Assembly (NCBI GenBank): GCA_020891255.1
Contig: BQFW01000004.1
Span: 1,984,001-2,048,000 of the forward strand
Direction: 5' to 3'
From: Entomortierella parvispora E1425
Lineage: Eukaryota > Fungi > Mortierellomycota
DNA: 64,000 bases
Positions 26,154 to 37,413 of the stretch are shown here, one piece after another. The stretch's first letter is position 1; each line of letters starts with the position of its first letter. The position numbers and the translations under genes were made by a program. The notes below the pieces were generated by a model. It worked only from the letters and a program-made list of their open reading frames with translations. It was not told the origin of the DNA and did not search any database.

Positions 26154-26509
26154 TTCTGGGAGTCCTTGGTCCAGTCCTTGGAGGTGCAAGAAGATAGGGA
26201 CCAGAGAAGAAAAGATCGGCAACAAGAATGGAAAAGGGAACGAGTAATGTGTTCGGAGAGTTTAGAAATGGAGAAATCCTCTGAGTGCCTGATTCAGAGA
26301 ATTACCTGGCACAAAAGATGGTGAGGCGATGCAAAGAGACGATGAAGAAGCAAGAACAAGAGATGGAAGAGGCACGAAGAGGGTGAGTGGATGAGCAAGG
26401 AATCAAATGGAAACAGAACAGAAACAAAAAAAAAAAAAAAAAAAGAGGACTGTGCTTCGAATTTATGTTGTGCTTAAATGCCTTTCCTTGGGATGCTTGC
26501 GCGATTCCC

Positions 26510-27367
26510 CTATGATTCTATGACCTGGGTGAACTTTAGGTGGCTCTCATAAAACATGATCAGCTTGAGAGGGCAATACTGGTGAGCAGCCGTGATAGGA
26601 TGCGTCGTTTCGTGGCCATTCTTCCACAAGAGATGCACCTTCATCTGCTTGTTGCTTCTCTCAACGTTTTGAATCTCCTCCACTTTGTCTTCCCAGGAAG
26701 TCCATTCTTTTGGAGGAGTCCACTCGAATGGTGTCGCTTCATCAACCTCAAGTTCATCAATGTCCACCTCGCGCTTGATTTTGTCCGCGAGCTTTTGTTT
26801 CTTGGCAGGGGCGGACGCCATCTCGTAGTCACCGTCCCTGTCCTTGTTCTTGTGTGAAGAAGCAGCCGTGATTTCGCCTCTTTCTTCCTCGTCCTGCTCG
26901 TCCTCTAGTGGGGTCAGCTGTGGCAGCAAAGGTGCGGGTTCTGTATGCTTACTGCTGCTTGTTGATGAAGCCTTGGTGGGTATCTTTTTCGATACGGTTT
27001 TCTTTGCGATGTTGGCGCCGCGCTTAGCCGAGGCTTCGCTTGGATCCTTGCCTTGCTTGTCTGTCTTTTTACCGCCAGCTCCCAAGTATCTCTCCCAGTA
27101 GGAAGCGATCAGGGCATGACAGGAGCATGAATTTTCCTCTTCCCATGTGTTTTCTTCATCGCCATACCCTTGCCACTTCAGGAAATACTTTAGCGTGGTG
27201 ACCTTGGGATCGTCCTGCGAGGGACCGTATTTGTGACCGACAACACGCTCGACTTCATATACCTCCTCATCGCCTTCCAAGTCGTCTTCATCATCAAAGA
27301 GCTCATCCACTTCGTCCATAGGCTCCTTGCGGTTCTTTGATTTTTCAGGCGATGCTTCTTTGACCAT
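26510..27367 (-). CDS. swi6: HP1/Swi6-like chromodomain plus chromo-shadow protein, intronless
   Basis: Chromodomain VYEVERVV...YFLKWQGYGDEENTWE, a basic hinge, and a shadow domain WEDKVEEI...HLLWKNG...AHQYCPLKLIMFYESHL. Confidence 0.9.
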   Translation of the reverse strand: MVKEASPEKSKNRKEPMDEVDELFDDEDDLEGDEEVYEVERVVGHKYGPSQDDPKVTTLKYFLKWQGYGDEENTWEEENSCSCHALIASYWERYLGAGGKKTDKQGKDPSEASAKRGANIAKKTVSKKIPTKASSTSSSKHTEPAPLLPQLTPLEDEQDEEERGEITAASSHKNKDRDGDYEMASAPAKKQKLADKIKREVDIDELEVDEATPFEWTPPKEWTSWEDKVEEIQNVERSNKQMKVHLLWKNGHETTHPITAAHQYCPLKLIMFYESHLKFTQVIES

Positions 27368-27796
27368 TGAATTATCTATAGGATTATCAGCAATTAAAAA
27401 ATTCTCCGTGTCAGAACACTCGTTTACATCAGTGAAAGTGTGCTCACTCTATGTATCCACATTTGCCAATGTCTCGGACTCCAAGCCGAGACAGATAAAT
27501 CTTCTCCATCCTAAATCTTTGTTGATGGAATTCAGCCGCTGTTCGAGGAAGTGAAAGCCCATTCATTGTTGTTGCTGATTAGACAAATAATACTCCATGG
27601 CTGGAATGCTGCGATCAATATGATAAACATCGACGTGGCTCGCTCCTGCTTTGCTCGGAAACTGCGCTGTTGAAGGGCAAACAGTGATGTTCGCAGGGTG
27701 CAAGTGTGGTCAGAGCTACCTACAGGTGTGGTGTAAATTAGGGACAGAGAGGATGAGCGGTGGATTGATGTCAAACAAAAGACGCGACCAGGCTTT

Positions 27797-27819
27797 TTTG
27801 TCGAGTCGAACTCGACAAA
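27797..27819. repeat. Perfect inverted repeat (10-bp arms, 3-nt spacer) in the HP1/METTL26 divergent intergenic region
   Basis: TTTGTCGAGT-CGA-ACTCGACAAA. Confidence 0.85.
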
Positions 27820-28385
27820 CACGCGCCACTCATATTTGCACGTGATGTGTTGCATACCCTTAAGTTTCTGTTCCAAACGAACGCGCGCGTGGCCAGGCTC
27901 CTTTTCAGAATGGCATCCATGTCAGACCTAGCCGCGAGAGCCCTGTCTGCACGGTTGGCATCGGTCAATAGTTGCCCCCACCCCCTGGCCCTCTTTTATC
28001 TCAATAATGACAGAAATGAGGACAAAAAACGAGGAGAAAGGGCCTGAACTCGCAAGCACTACCGCCAATTAATACTTTGTTGACCACTATCCGCGGATCG
28101 TCTTCTTGGCTCTATTCCGCCTTCGCCAACCTTTCAATTGCCTCTCATCCCTTCTGTTCACCCCTACCCCTTGTTTGAGCTGTTCAACGGTCTGAGCTCG
28201 TTGGTTCAATTAAGAGGCGCACGATGATATATAAATACCGGCTGGTCGCCAGCACCCTCGTTTTCACAACTCCTCCTCCTCCCCCAACAAGACCACTTCT
28301 GCCACCCAAAGCTCCAAGAACCACAAAGTTACTCCCTTCCTTTCCAGCCAACTTTTCACCGTCTACAATCACATTATTTGCAGCA

Positions 28386-29407
28386 ATGGCCACCGTTTCT
28401 ACTCCTCATCGTGCCTCGGTTGTCGAGGGGGGTGTCGTCTACAAGCAAAACCTAAGCGAGTTTGTCCAGGAGGACCAAAAAGTCTTTTTTGGTGCAACCG
28501 ATAGGAACAAGGAAGCCATATTGGAAAAACTACGACCCTTCTTGAATGAAGCTCGCCTTGGTATGTGATAGCAAAAGATCCCTAATTGTAATCTGCATAT
28601 TGTTCTCTGTGCGTCCATCGGGGAGGACCTCATGCGTCGTGCATGCACCCTATTTCATGAAATGGCCAACATGCGTCTTTCTCACATCTTCAAACATCCC
28701 TGCACCCCGTTTCTAGTTCTTGAGGTTGGCTCAGGATCCGGCCAACACTTGTACCATTTCTCGAAGGACTACCCCGAGGTGACCTTTCAGCCCTCCGAGT
28801 ACGATACCTCCTTGTTCCATAGCATCAATGCCTATGCGATGGAGCTCCCTGGTCATCTCATCAAGCGTCCATTGGAATTGGACGCCACCAACCGCGACCA
28901 CTGGTCCACTGTTCTCCATGCCGGGCATGAAGAAGAGAGCTATGGTCCAGCCTCTGGTAACGGGGTCTATGATTTGGTCTTGACAACGAACGTCTTCCAT
29001 ATTTCAGCCTGGGTTGTTGGCCAATCCATTGTTCGTGGTGCAGGCCAAGTTTTAAAACCAGGTGGTCATTTCATCCTCTATGGAGCTTTCAAGCGTAATG
29101 GCAAGTTCAGCACTCCGAGTAATGAGCAGGTAAGAAGCTTCGCTATATATCATTTCGCACTAGAATTAGTCGCTGGTCGTGGATAACAAGCATTAACACC
29201 CTGTCACGCTTGTTGCTCTTGTTGCTCTTGTTTGATTGACAGTTTGACCAAACACTGCGGGGTCGCGATGCCTCTTGGGGCGTCCGTGACATTGAAGCCA
29301 TTGAAGAAGTGGCAAGAAAAGAAGCTCAAATGGAGCTCAAGAACGTGATTGACATGCCTTCGAACAACTACATGTTGATCTTCCAAAAGGTGGAACTTGA
29401 GGAGTGA
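28386..29407 (+). CDS. METTL26: DUF938 / methyltransferase-like 26 family SAM-dependent methyltransferase
   Basis: Three exons. Motifs: ATDRNKEAIL, VLEVGSGSGQH, FQPSE, NVFHIS, LYGAFKRNG, SNEQ|FDQTLRGRDASWGVRD and DMPSNNYML. Confidence 0.88.
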
Positions 29408-32400
29408 TGTGATTTAAGCAAAAGAACATGAAAAAGGGCACAAAGCCTCTCTTTTTTCTTTGTCTTTGACTCAGCAGTGGGAGAGAGCCAAGTTTCAAAG
29501 TAGGACAGGGCAGAAATGAAAAAAGCAAACAACCTTTAATCCTCTACGATCTGCCTGACGTTTTTGCAATCGCAACCTGCGCTCACGCGACCGCCACACT
29601 ACAAGACAATATGTGAGATGCGCCTATAACCAAGTGGGTCAACATGCCTTGAACTAAGTCAACAGTTCACAGCGTACAAGTCCAATCGGAGCACAAAACG
29701 TCGGTCCAGAACTTGTTCCCAATTGCAATGCAATATTGTGTTCGGATGGTCTTTGTGCTCCTCGTCTTCGCCTGATGTTTCCCAGGTGCTCAAAGATTGT
29801 TGGGGGTGGAGAAAGAGAGGTGAGGACGGGCAAGTCGGCACAGAGTACAATATGCAATTTCCAATTTCCTGTCCCCTATGTTTGTGGAGAAAGAAAGAAA
29901 ATGGATATTGGCTCTTTGAAATGACCTCAGTTGTTCGCATTCTCGTCCATCGATGGACACACTGATGTGTGGGAGAAAAAAATCAATCGGCGAAGCATTT
30001 GTGGGGGGAAGGGGGGGAAATGGGACACGGCTCTGCGGCAAGGGACGTCGTCTGCAAAGGGAAAAAAAGTAGGGGGAAGGTCAAGGCGTGCTGGCAGGGG
30101 CGTATAGAGCAAACAAAAAAAAGGAAGAGCCAGTGCATGATAACCCCATCCAAAATAGCAATAACGACTTTTTTGTCGATCTGGACAAGGGATGTCGAAC
30201 AGTTAGTGAGAACCCTCTGGCGTGAACCGTCCTCTGTGAGAATCAGAAATGTGGAGCGCTCAGGCGTGCATGCGTGTTTGGCAGCAGGACAGTGGATGTG
30301 AGCGTTTCTTTTCATTTCCACTCACTGTTGTTGTGGGATTTCTCTTTCTTGACGTTGTCCTACCTTGAGAAGATGGCAGATTCAATTGCAGTCAATTGAA
30401 TGAGAACAAGACGCGACGCGTGAAGGCCCAACTTTGGGCTTGGCTGCGATTGCTCACATTTTCCTATTCTTGATTCATGTCCAAACAAGATTACGGGTGA
30501 AAGGGTGCGGGATGTTGGGTGCGGGAGGTTTCTAAAGGCACCCAAAGAAACTCTCCGGAATGGCTCTCACACTCTCACATCGCCGTTCTCGCTTGTCTTT
30601 CTATTGTTCTATCAATCTTGTCGCATTTGCCATCTTTGCCGCCACGGGATGAATAGGTACAGCCCACGAAAGAAGCTCTCTTTCGATAGATCTTTGACTT
30701 CCTTCTCCCCCACACAATTCCCCCGCGATTTCCTTTACTCGACAAGAATCGGAACAAAAGAACTGAGCACAAGGGGTAGGGGAAAGAAAGAGGTGATCGA
30801 GACCCTCATTTCAGGCCCTCATGATTGAGGTTGCCCTGTTGGCTCCCTCATTTCTTCTCCCCGCTTCATGTCTCGTCCTTTTCCGGACGAGAATTGAAAC
30901 GAGATAAGATGCGAATGCATGATGGACTTCCTCGCAGCAAGTCAGGTGGTGGATCGACGGGTGTTTTGCTGAATGAGGCAGGCACACACGTTTGTGCAAA
31001 CAGGTGGAAAGTGGTTTTCTTGAGCTCGAGACTGCCGCCCTTCCCCTCAGTGCGAGCCACGCTTCGAGAGGCAACCCTGCAGCGAAACAAGGGACCCCTG
31101 TTTGCTGACGCTGAGACTGCACCAACATCCAATAAATAAAAAAACAGAGATCGAAGCTCCAAACAGCTGATCTATCCACGCGCAGACGCCCACGCACGCT
31201 GCTGCTTGGATCTCATTTTCGAGAGTCAATGAACCACCTCCACATTCTGCTGACTGAGCGAAACCCAAAAAAGAATGGGATGAAAGGGAGAAGGGGCGGG
31301 GCGGCGGGGAGACTGAAATATGAACGTGGGCAAGTTGTCCATCGAATGGTGCGAGAATTGTCTTTGATTTCCTGTTGTCTGCCTTTTGTTTCTCCTTGTC
31401 TTGCTTTTTTCCTCCACAATTCGCCATTTGTTCGAATGATGGTTGGTATCTCCTTTTTTTTGGATTCCTCAAGACTGAAAAACGAAACTACTGCCGAGGC
31501 ACTCGCAACTTAGATGCGCCTTGTCCCCTCTTGGACGTGGCTCTGTGGCCCCATCAACCATTGGTTCTTTTTGTCAAGAAGACAAATAACAATGAAATGG
31601 GCCCAAAAAAAAGTCGGCCATGGCCTGTGCAGCCAAGCTCATCCTAATAGAGTTTGGTGCTCTCGGAGCCTCGTCCAGGTTTCTCTTTTTCTTTTATTTC
31701 TCTTTGAACCGCTAATCCTCAAGAGGACCGTTGGCCCGTTCCTTTCTGGTCGGATTGGGATACCCCGCTTGTTGGATGCGGACCCGAGTGGAGGCCCAAG
31801 TCAAACATTCAACTCACGGCACCAAAAAGAAGGAAAAAGATTACCAAGAGAAATCTTGAAGAACAAATTGCGCCCTCCACATCCCCAACTCTCATAATTG
31901 TTATGGATAATGGCGGAGTTGGAGCCCCCTTGGGAGATTTGGGCACTTGAGTTCATGGTGTGAGAGTTTGTCAGTGGGCGGCTCTTTTTGTTCAGAGATG
32001 ACAAACCCCTTCTGTTCTTGAGAAAAGTGGGGGAGACGACGAAGAAGTAGACCCTCTGTCACCCCTATCTCTGGTGATGGTTGCCGTAATTCTCTTTTCT
32101 CAAGAAATGAGAGCCGGAATCCGTCCGTGAAGAGATCCCACGCGCCGATCGCGCCTCATTTTATTATCCCGCAAAGAAAAAGAAAAAGATTCAAAGCCTG
32201 GCGGCAGTGACGACAGACACACATTTCTACTAGAATGGACACATCCCGCTTCTCCTCTCTCCCCACAATAATCTCTGAAATGGACCATTTTCATCCTCCT
32301 TCCTCTCCACTCACGCTAGACTTCAAAGAGCTACCTTTTCTACTGCAGGGCAGATAGCTTCTTTCACCGATTTGCAGGAAATGTTCCACCGTATTGGAAT

Positions 32401-33606
32401 TGGTCAATGGACTAATGAAACTTGGCCGGGCGTGCCCAAGGGTTCGAACGTTCATGTGAGCACAGGGGAAAGTGATCAGTACCAAAAGATAAGCTGCAAT
32501 AAATAAAAGAGAAAAGGCGAAGAACACCTTCTCGACTGACTCGCACGCATGTTAGCTTTTAGTCAATACAACTGAGTAGAAGAAAATGGAAGACAAAGTG
32601 GATGGGTGATAATTGAACCAGTTGTCAAAAAACTGTAGATAGATGAGTGGACGAATCGCGTCCATTGAATCAGCATTGTGGCGTGTCCACTCGACTCAGA
32701 CTCCTCGAGAACGGTCCTTAGTCAAAAAAGACAAAAAAAAAAAAAAAGAGAGATAGAAGCCCTTCTCTTTCTCCTTGCATTCGTCCATCCTTGTGTCCTT
32801 GCATGGCCCCTTTGTGTCTTGTCTCTCCACATCCACACGCGGCCTAGTTTTTTTTTTTTTTTTTTTTTGTGCCGTGGCAGCAAAACAAGAAGATATGACG
32901 GCGGTAGTGGCTGCAATTGTTATTCTACTTTACTTTGTGGGACAGACAGCCTTGCCAAAGTGCTTGGGGGATGAGTCGGGATGGATTATTGATCTGCCAT
33001 AAAAAAGAAGGGACAGGCGCAAAGGGTCGACCCCTACCCATCTGCGGTCCTCTTCGTCCCAAACTTTTCTCAAAGGGCGATTTTATTTTGACAGCGGCAA
33101 GGCATGGACCACCCTTCGTTCCCTGGATGTGGTTTGTATCCGGTATAATGGGGACTTTTTTTTTGTTGTTGACCGAGAGATATCCAGCGGTAGCCTGCAG
33201 TTTACTCTTCGCTGCATGTCCCTTTGACAAAGCAAGCAGTAAGACGATATGCAGATAACAAAAATTGGTATCAGAAATGTGTGGGGTGAAAAAAGTTGAA
33301 AAGGGTGGGCAACTGTAGCCTGAAATCCCTTCACCACCGCAGCTCATCATCGTCGCCAAGGATGCTGTCCCCTCTTTCTCTTTGCGCTTCTGTTGCTGGA
33401 TCGCAAAAAAAAGGGCAAGCGAGGACTTGTCCAAGAACAATGTGGAAAACGAACATCAACAAACTGTAAAGCGAGTTTTGCGCACAGATAATGACTGTCG
33501 ATTCAATTGAATCCGCGCGTCGGCTCCTATTGTAACAACTATTGCACAAAGACGCAGAGATAAGGAAACAGTTGTTGCGCTCCTTCCCCACAACTGCTAT
33601 CTCTGC

Positions 33607-33614
33607 TATAAAAG
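33607..33614 (+). promoter_or_regulatory. Candidate TATA box (TATAAAAG) ahead of a CT-rich tract, possibly a distal promoter of the CBM21 gene
   Basis: Canonical TATAAAAG followed by pyrimidine-rich sequence and a candidate donor at 33918. Assignment to the gene is inference. Confidence 0.35.
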
Positions 33615-36495
33615 CAAAGGGCTTTTCCTGTGGTCGTTCGCTCCTGCTGTTGCCTGTTGCTACCTCTGCTCTTTGCTCTCTGCTCTTTCTCTATCCCTCA
33701 CCTCGCTGTTTTCTATTACTCTCTTTTAGTTATCTCTATCCCTCACTTCTCAGCTCTCTATCCCTATCTCTGGAACCCGTCGCCCCCATTCTCCCTCATA
33801 AAGGCCACCCTGCTATCTGCACGCTGTCTCTTTTTTTCCATCTCTGGATCTTGTTCTTCCTGTGTCCGCTTCTCTTTCACCTGCCTCTATCTCAAAAGCT
33901 GCAAGCAACAATACTAGGTAAAAAAAAAGAAAGAAAGAAAGGAAAGCCGCCTTCAAAAACAAACGAAAAAGAAAAAAATCCACAGCGTCATACCCGCACC
34001 GGGAAAGAACGCGCCTCTTCCTTCCTCAATCACACCATTCGGCTTGTGTGTCCGCCGCAGAAACACGTCGCGCCCCACTGAGCCCCAGTATACACACACA
34101 ACGGCACCAGCAGCCAACTCAGGTCCTAGTCCGGACTCTGGCTGTGCCTGAGTTCTTTTGGCGCGAGCGTGGAGAGAGTGTCGTTCTTCTCCGTCACCCC
34201 CCCTTGCGCCCCTCCCTTTCACCCCGGCGCAGAAGAAAAGGAGAAAAAAGAGTCTCCCTGCGTAGGATGGTGGATCAACGAGCAGCTCTTTTTCTCTCTC
34301 TCTCTCTCTGTCTTGTCTCCTTTTTCTCTCTTCCTTCCTTCCTTCATCCGTTCATCCAACAACACGCCTTCCCTCAACCACACCCTGTACGGTGCTTTCT
34401 GTCTCTGCTCCAGACTTCTATTTCATCATCCTCCGTCCTACAGTCTCCATCTTCACCCCCACCGAAGCTGCGTCCCACCCCTCTTCATCGTCACCATCGA
34501 CATCATAAGCAAGATCGGGTTTCTACCTACCTTCCCCTTGTAAGGACTGTTTGCACTGTTAGAAGTCGACGGTTTCCTTCCCCTCCCTTCCTCCCTCTCC
34601 TCCTACGCCTTTGATCTCTTGCACTGGTCGATATCTTCATGATTTCTTGTTTTGGCTGTCTTGAGCTTCTCTCCCTTCCTTCAGTCGCTCTCAGCATCTC
34701 AACCTTTTTGTTCTCTGGGTCATCTGGAAAGGGTCAGACATCTTGTCATCCATGACGGCTTTGTCTTCAGTCTGTTCCGTCTTGCCACCTTCTTGCCCCC
34801 TTCTTACCACAGGAGCTGATTGAGTGCCTCCAGTCATCAGTTGCAAATGGGCACTGATGGTTTGGGGTGTATGGTGTGCCAGCTTGGTGTGTGTGCAAGC
34901 AAGTGGGACCTGATGTGCATACCAGGCCCTCCTTTGGGGCGAGTGTGTCCTCTTCGTTTTTTGTTCTTCCACTGACATCATGTTGATGGCATCCACGGAT
35001 GGATCACCCTCCAATCCCGTCTCCTTTTGTTTTGAGCAAGAGCAAACATCCAAAGGACAACTGCAGGCACACTCAAAGGACAATATGTCATCCAGCCTGG
35101 CAAACACCACAGAAGCACGATTACATGAGGGGGGCATACCCACGGGAGGCTGGGAAACAGGGTGGATAGATACGATGTCTGTCCAGCCAGTAATGAGAGC
35201 CCTTTTTTGATTTTCTTTGGTTGCAGTTGCAGCCACGCTGTCCAAGGAAAGAGCTTTAATCGCGCACGATCCAACTAGGAGGCCTAGTTGTTGTCATGCA
35301 GCGCGTTGGGTTTGTTGTTGTTGTTGCGGTTGTTGTCTTGTTGTCGCCATCCATTTGGTGGTGGAGGGTGTCCAGACCAGAGTGTTGCCACTACCTTTGA
35401 CTCTTTTTTTTAATCTCCTGAATGAACGCCCTTTGTGACTAAACCTTCTCTCTTTCTTCTTCTTCATTCTCACTCTTTTGACTCTCTATTCGATCCTAAC
35501 GCTACAACCATCCTTGCCCATGTCAACAATCACGACAACTAAAACAACAGTTTAGTAGCATCCCTTCGACTTGTACACTTTATCGACAAGACCATCAGGC
35601 AACACGAGAAATACCCCGAACGTCCTACACGAAACCACCAGAGTCGCACACAACGCCTGATATCATTGACCGTTTCTCCACATCGACATCCACCCACCAA
35701 AGGTAAGTTTCCTTTTCTATCTCTGCAGTAACCGGCTCCGCCCTATGCAGCTGCAGACCCTCCCTGCCGCCCGGGTTTCACAGCGCACAGCCAAATTATC
35801 CTATCAGTCAACCCGCAATTGCTCCTTCCCCTCTCTATTTCTCTATCACTGCAGAAGAGGTTAAAAGCGTGAGGACGATGTAAACGATTGGAGGATTGTG
35901 AGAGTAAGCAATGAAGAAAAAAGAAACAAAAAAAATGGGCGTGAGAGAGATTGAGGGATCAAGGAGGGACTGCGCGTCGCCTGCAGCGGGCCAGGATCGC
36001 TGCTGGGAAGAAGAGCTTCCCGGAAGAAGGTGCCACCCCCACACTTCTGGCAGGAGAGGAAGGGAGAGGAAAGATTGCTTTGTTGATGCTTTGTTTCGAC
36101 TGTTTGAGTGTGTTCGTGGTCGGACCCTCCCCTGTGTGGTCATCAGACCGAGCCCAAAAAAACAAAGAAAAAACACGCACACAAAGAAGGGATGCACACA
36201 AACAACACAACGCAGGAACACAACATGCCCTCCAAGAGCTGGCAGAGACTTGGATGCTTCTGTGTCCAACAGATCCTGCAGCCTTGTATACTATCCTCGC
36301 TCTTCCCCTCCTCTCCTGCCTCTGGCTGGCTTCACTCTCGGTCACAACAAAGGGTTCATGATGGACAGTGCGCTCTGAATGAACCTGCAGGGTTGCAAGA
36401 CGCACAAACAACACAAGCTGGCAATCCTCGATTCTCTGCTCTCTCCCACTGACGTCTGTCGGCATCCTACTTCCTACTTTGACCTCTCCATTTAG

Positions 36496-36589
36496 ACCTG
36501 TCGACGGTTCTCGCTTCAAATTCATCCTGAAAACATCAGACTGTCCCTGTCCCTGTCCGACATTCTGTTCCGGCCGCCTCAACTCCAAG
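36496..36589 (+). other. Candidate non-coding 5'UTR exon of the CBM21 gene
   Basis: Upstream donor GTAAGT at 35703, acceptor TTTAG at 36495, donor GTAAGG at 36590 and acceptor CTACAG at 37238. The exon contains no ATG. Confidence 0.55.
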
Positions 36590-37413
36590 GTAAGGAAAGA
36601 AGAGCCAAACACGAGGTTGGTGATCTACTCAGGGACCGATCACCGCGAAAGGAACGGAAAGAAGAAAGAGGGAGGCCCGATGGAAGAACGTACTTGACAG
36701 ACGTGATTTTTGGCTGCAAGGGTGGAAGAGACCCTTGCCATGCATGATGCACATCTCTTCCGCGAGCCTTTGTGCACTGCACTGTCTGCCTTGGTGAATA
36801 CCCCCAGGATCTTTTTGAAATCAACAGAATCGTCCCCAGGATCTACCATTTGTCCGCCCAAACCCCCCATCGATTCCTCCCAACCCACCCCACGGCTCAT
36901 CCCAGCCATCCTCAACAGCCCCGTCTCCGTCTCCCCTTCCTTCCCATGTCTTCGACCTCTCCCCTATTTCCACCAGTTTTCCCCCCTCTCTCTCTCCCTC
37001 CCATTGCATGCGAATTTCAGTTCTTATTGGTGTTCTCTGCTACATGGCAATGTTTTTTTTTGTTGTTTCTGTCTTCTACGTTCACTACCTCCTTATTTTT
37101 TTTCCTGTCTTTTCTTTTTCTTCTCTTTTTCTTGTTCCTGTTCGTGATTGCTCACTCGCTCTGTCGTCCCGTCGTCCCCTTCTGTCTTCCCTTCACTCTC
37201 ATTTCATCCTCTGATCGATCCTGTCTTCTCTCCTACAGCTTCTCTCTTCATCTCGCAAGCAAGAACCACCCCGCTCTTGGATCCTCAGTGGTTCTTGAAC
37301 CATCGTCTCCTTGATTCTACTTGACCACCTTTTGTCACACGTCCCTTTGCCCCGTCTCTTGCACCAACTCTTGAATCTTGATCCACGACTACTTTCAAGG
37401 CACCGCAGAAGCA

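Noticed and set aside
32420-32455. GGTTCGAAC B-box-like sequence with an upstream TGGCCGGGCG
   Set aside because: No cloverleaf and an incomplete B-box (lacks TCC), so not a tRNA or SINE
29500-33600. Assorted 60-170 aa ORFs in the non-coding stretch
   Set aside because: No recognisable motifs, frequent homopolymer-derived K/F runs and no consistent exon chain
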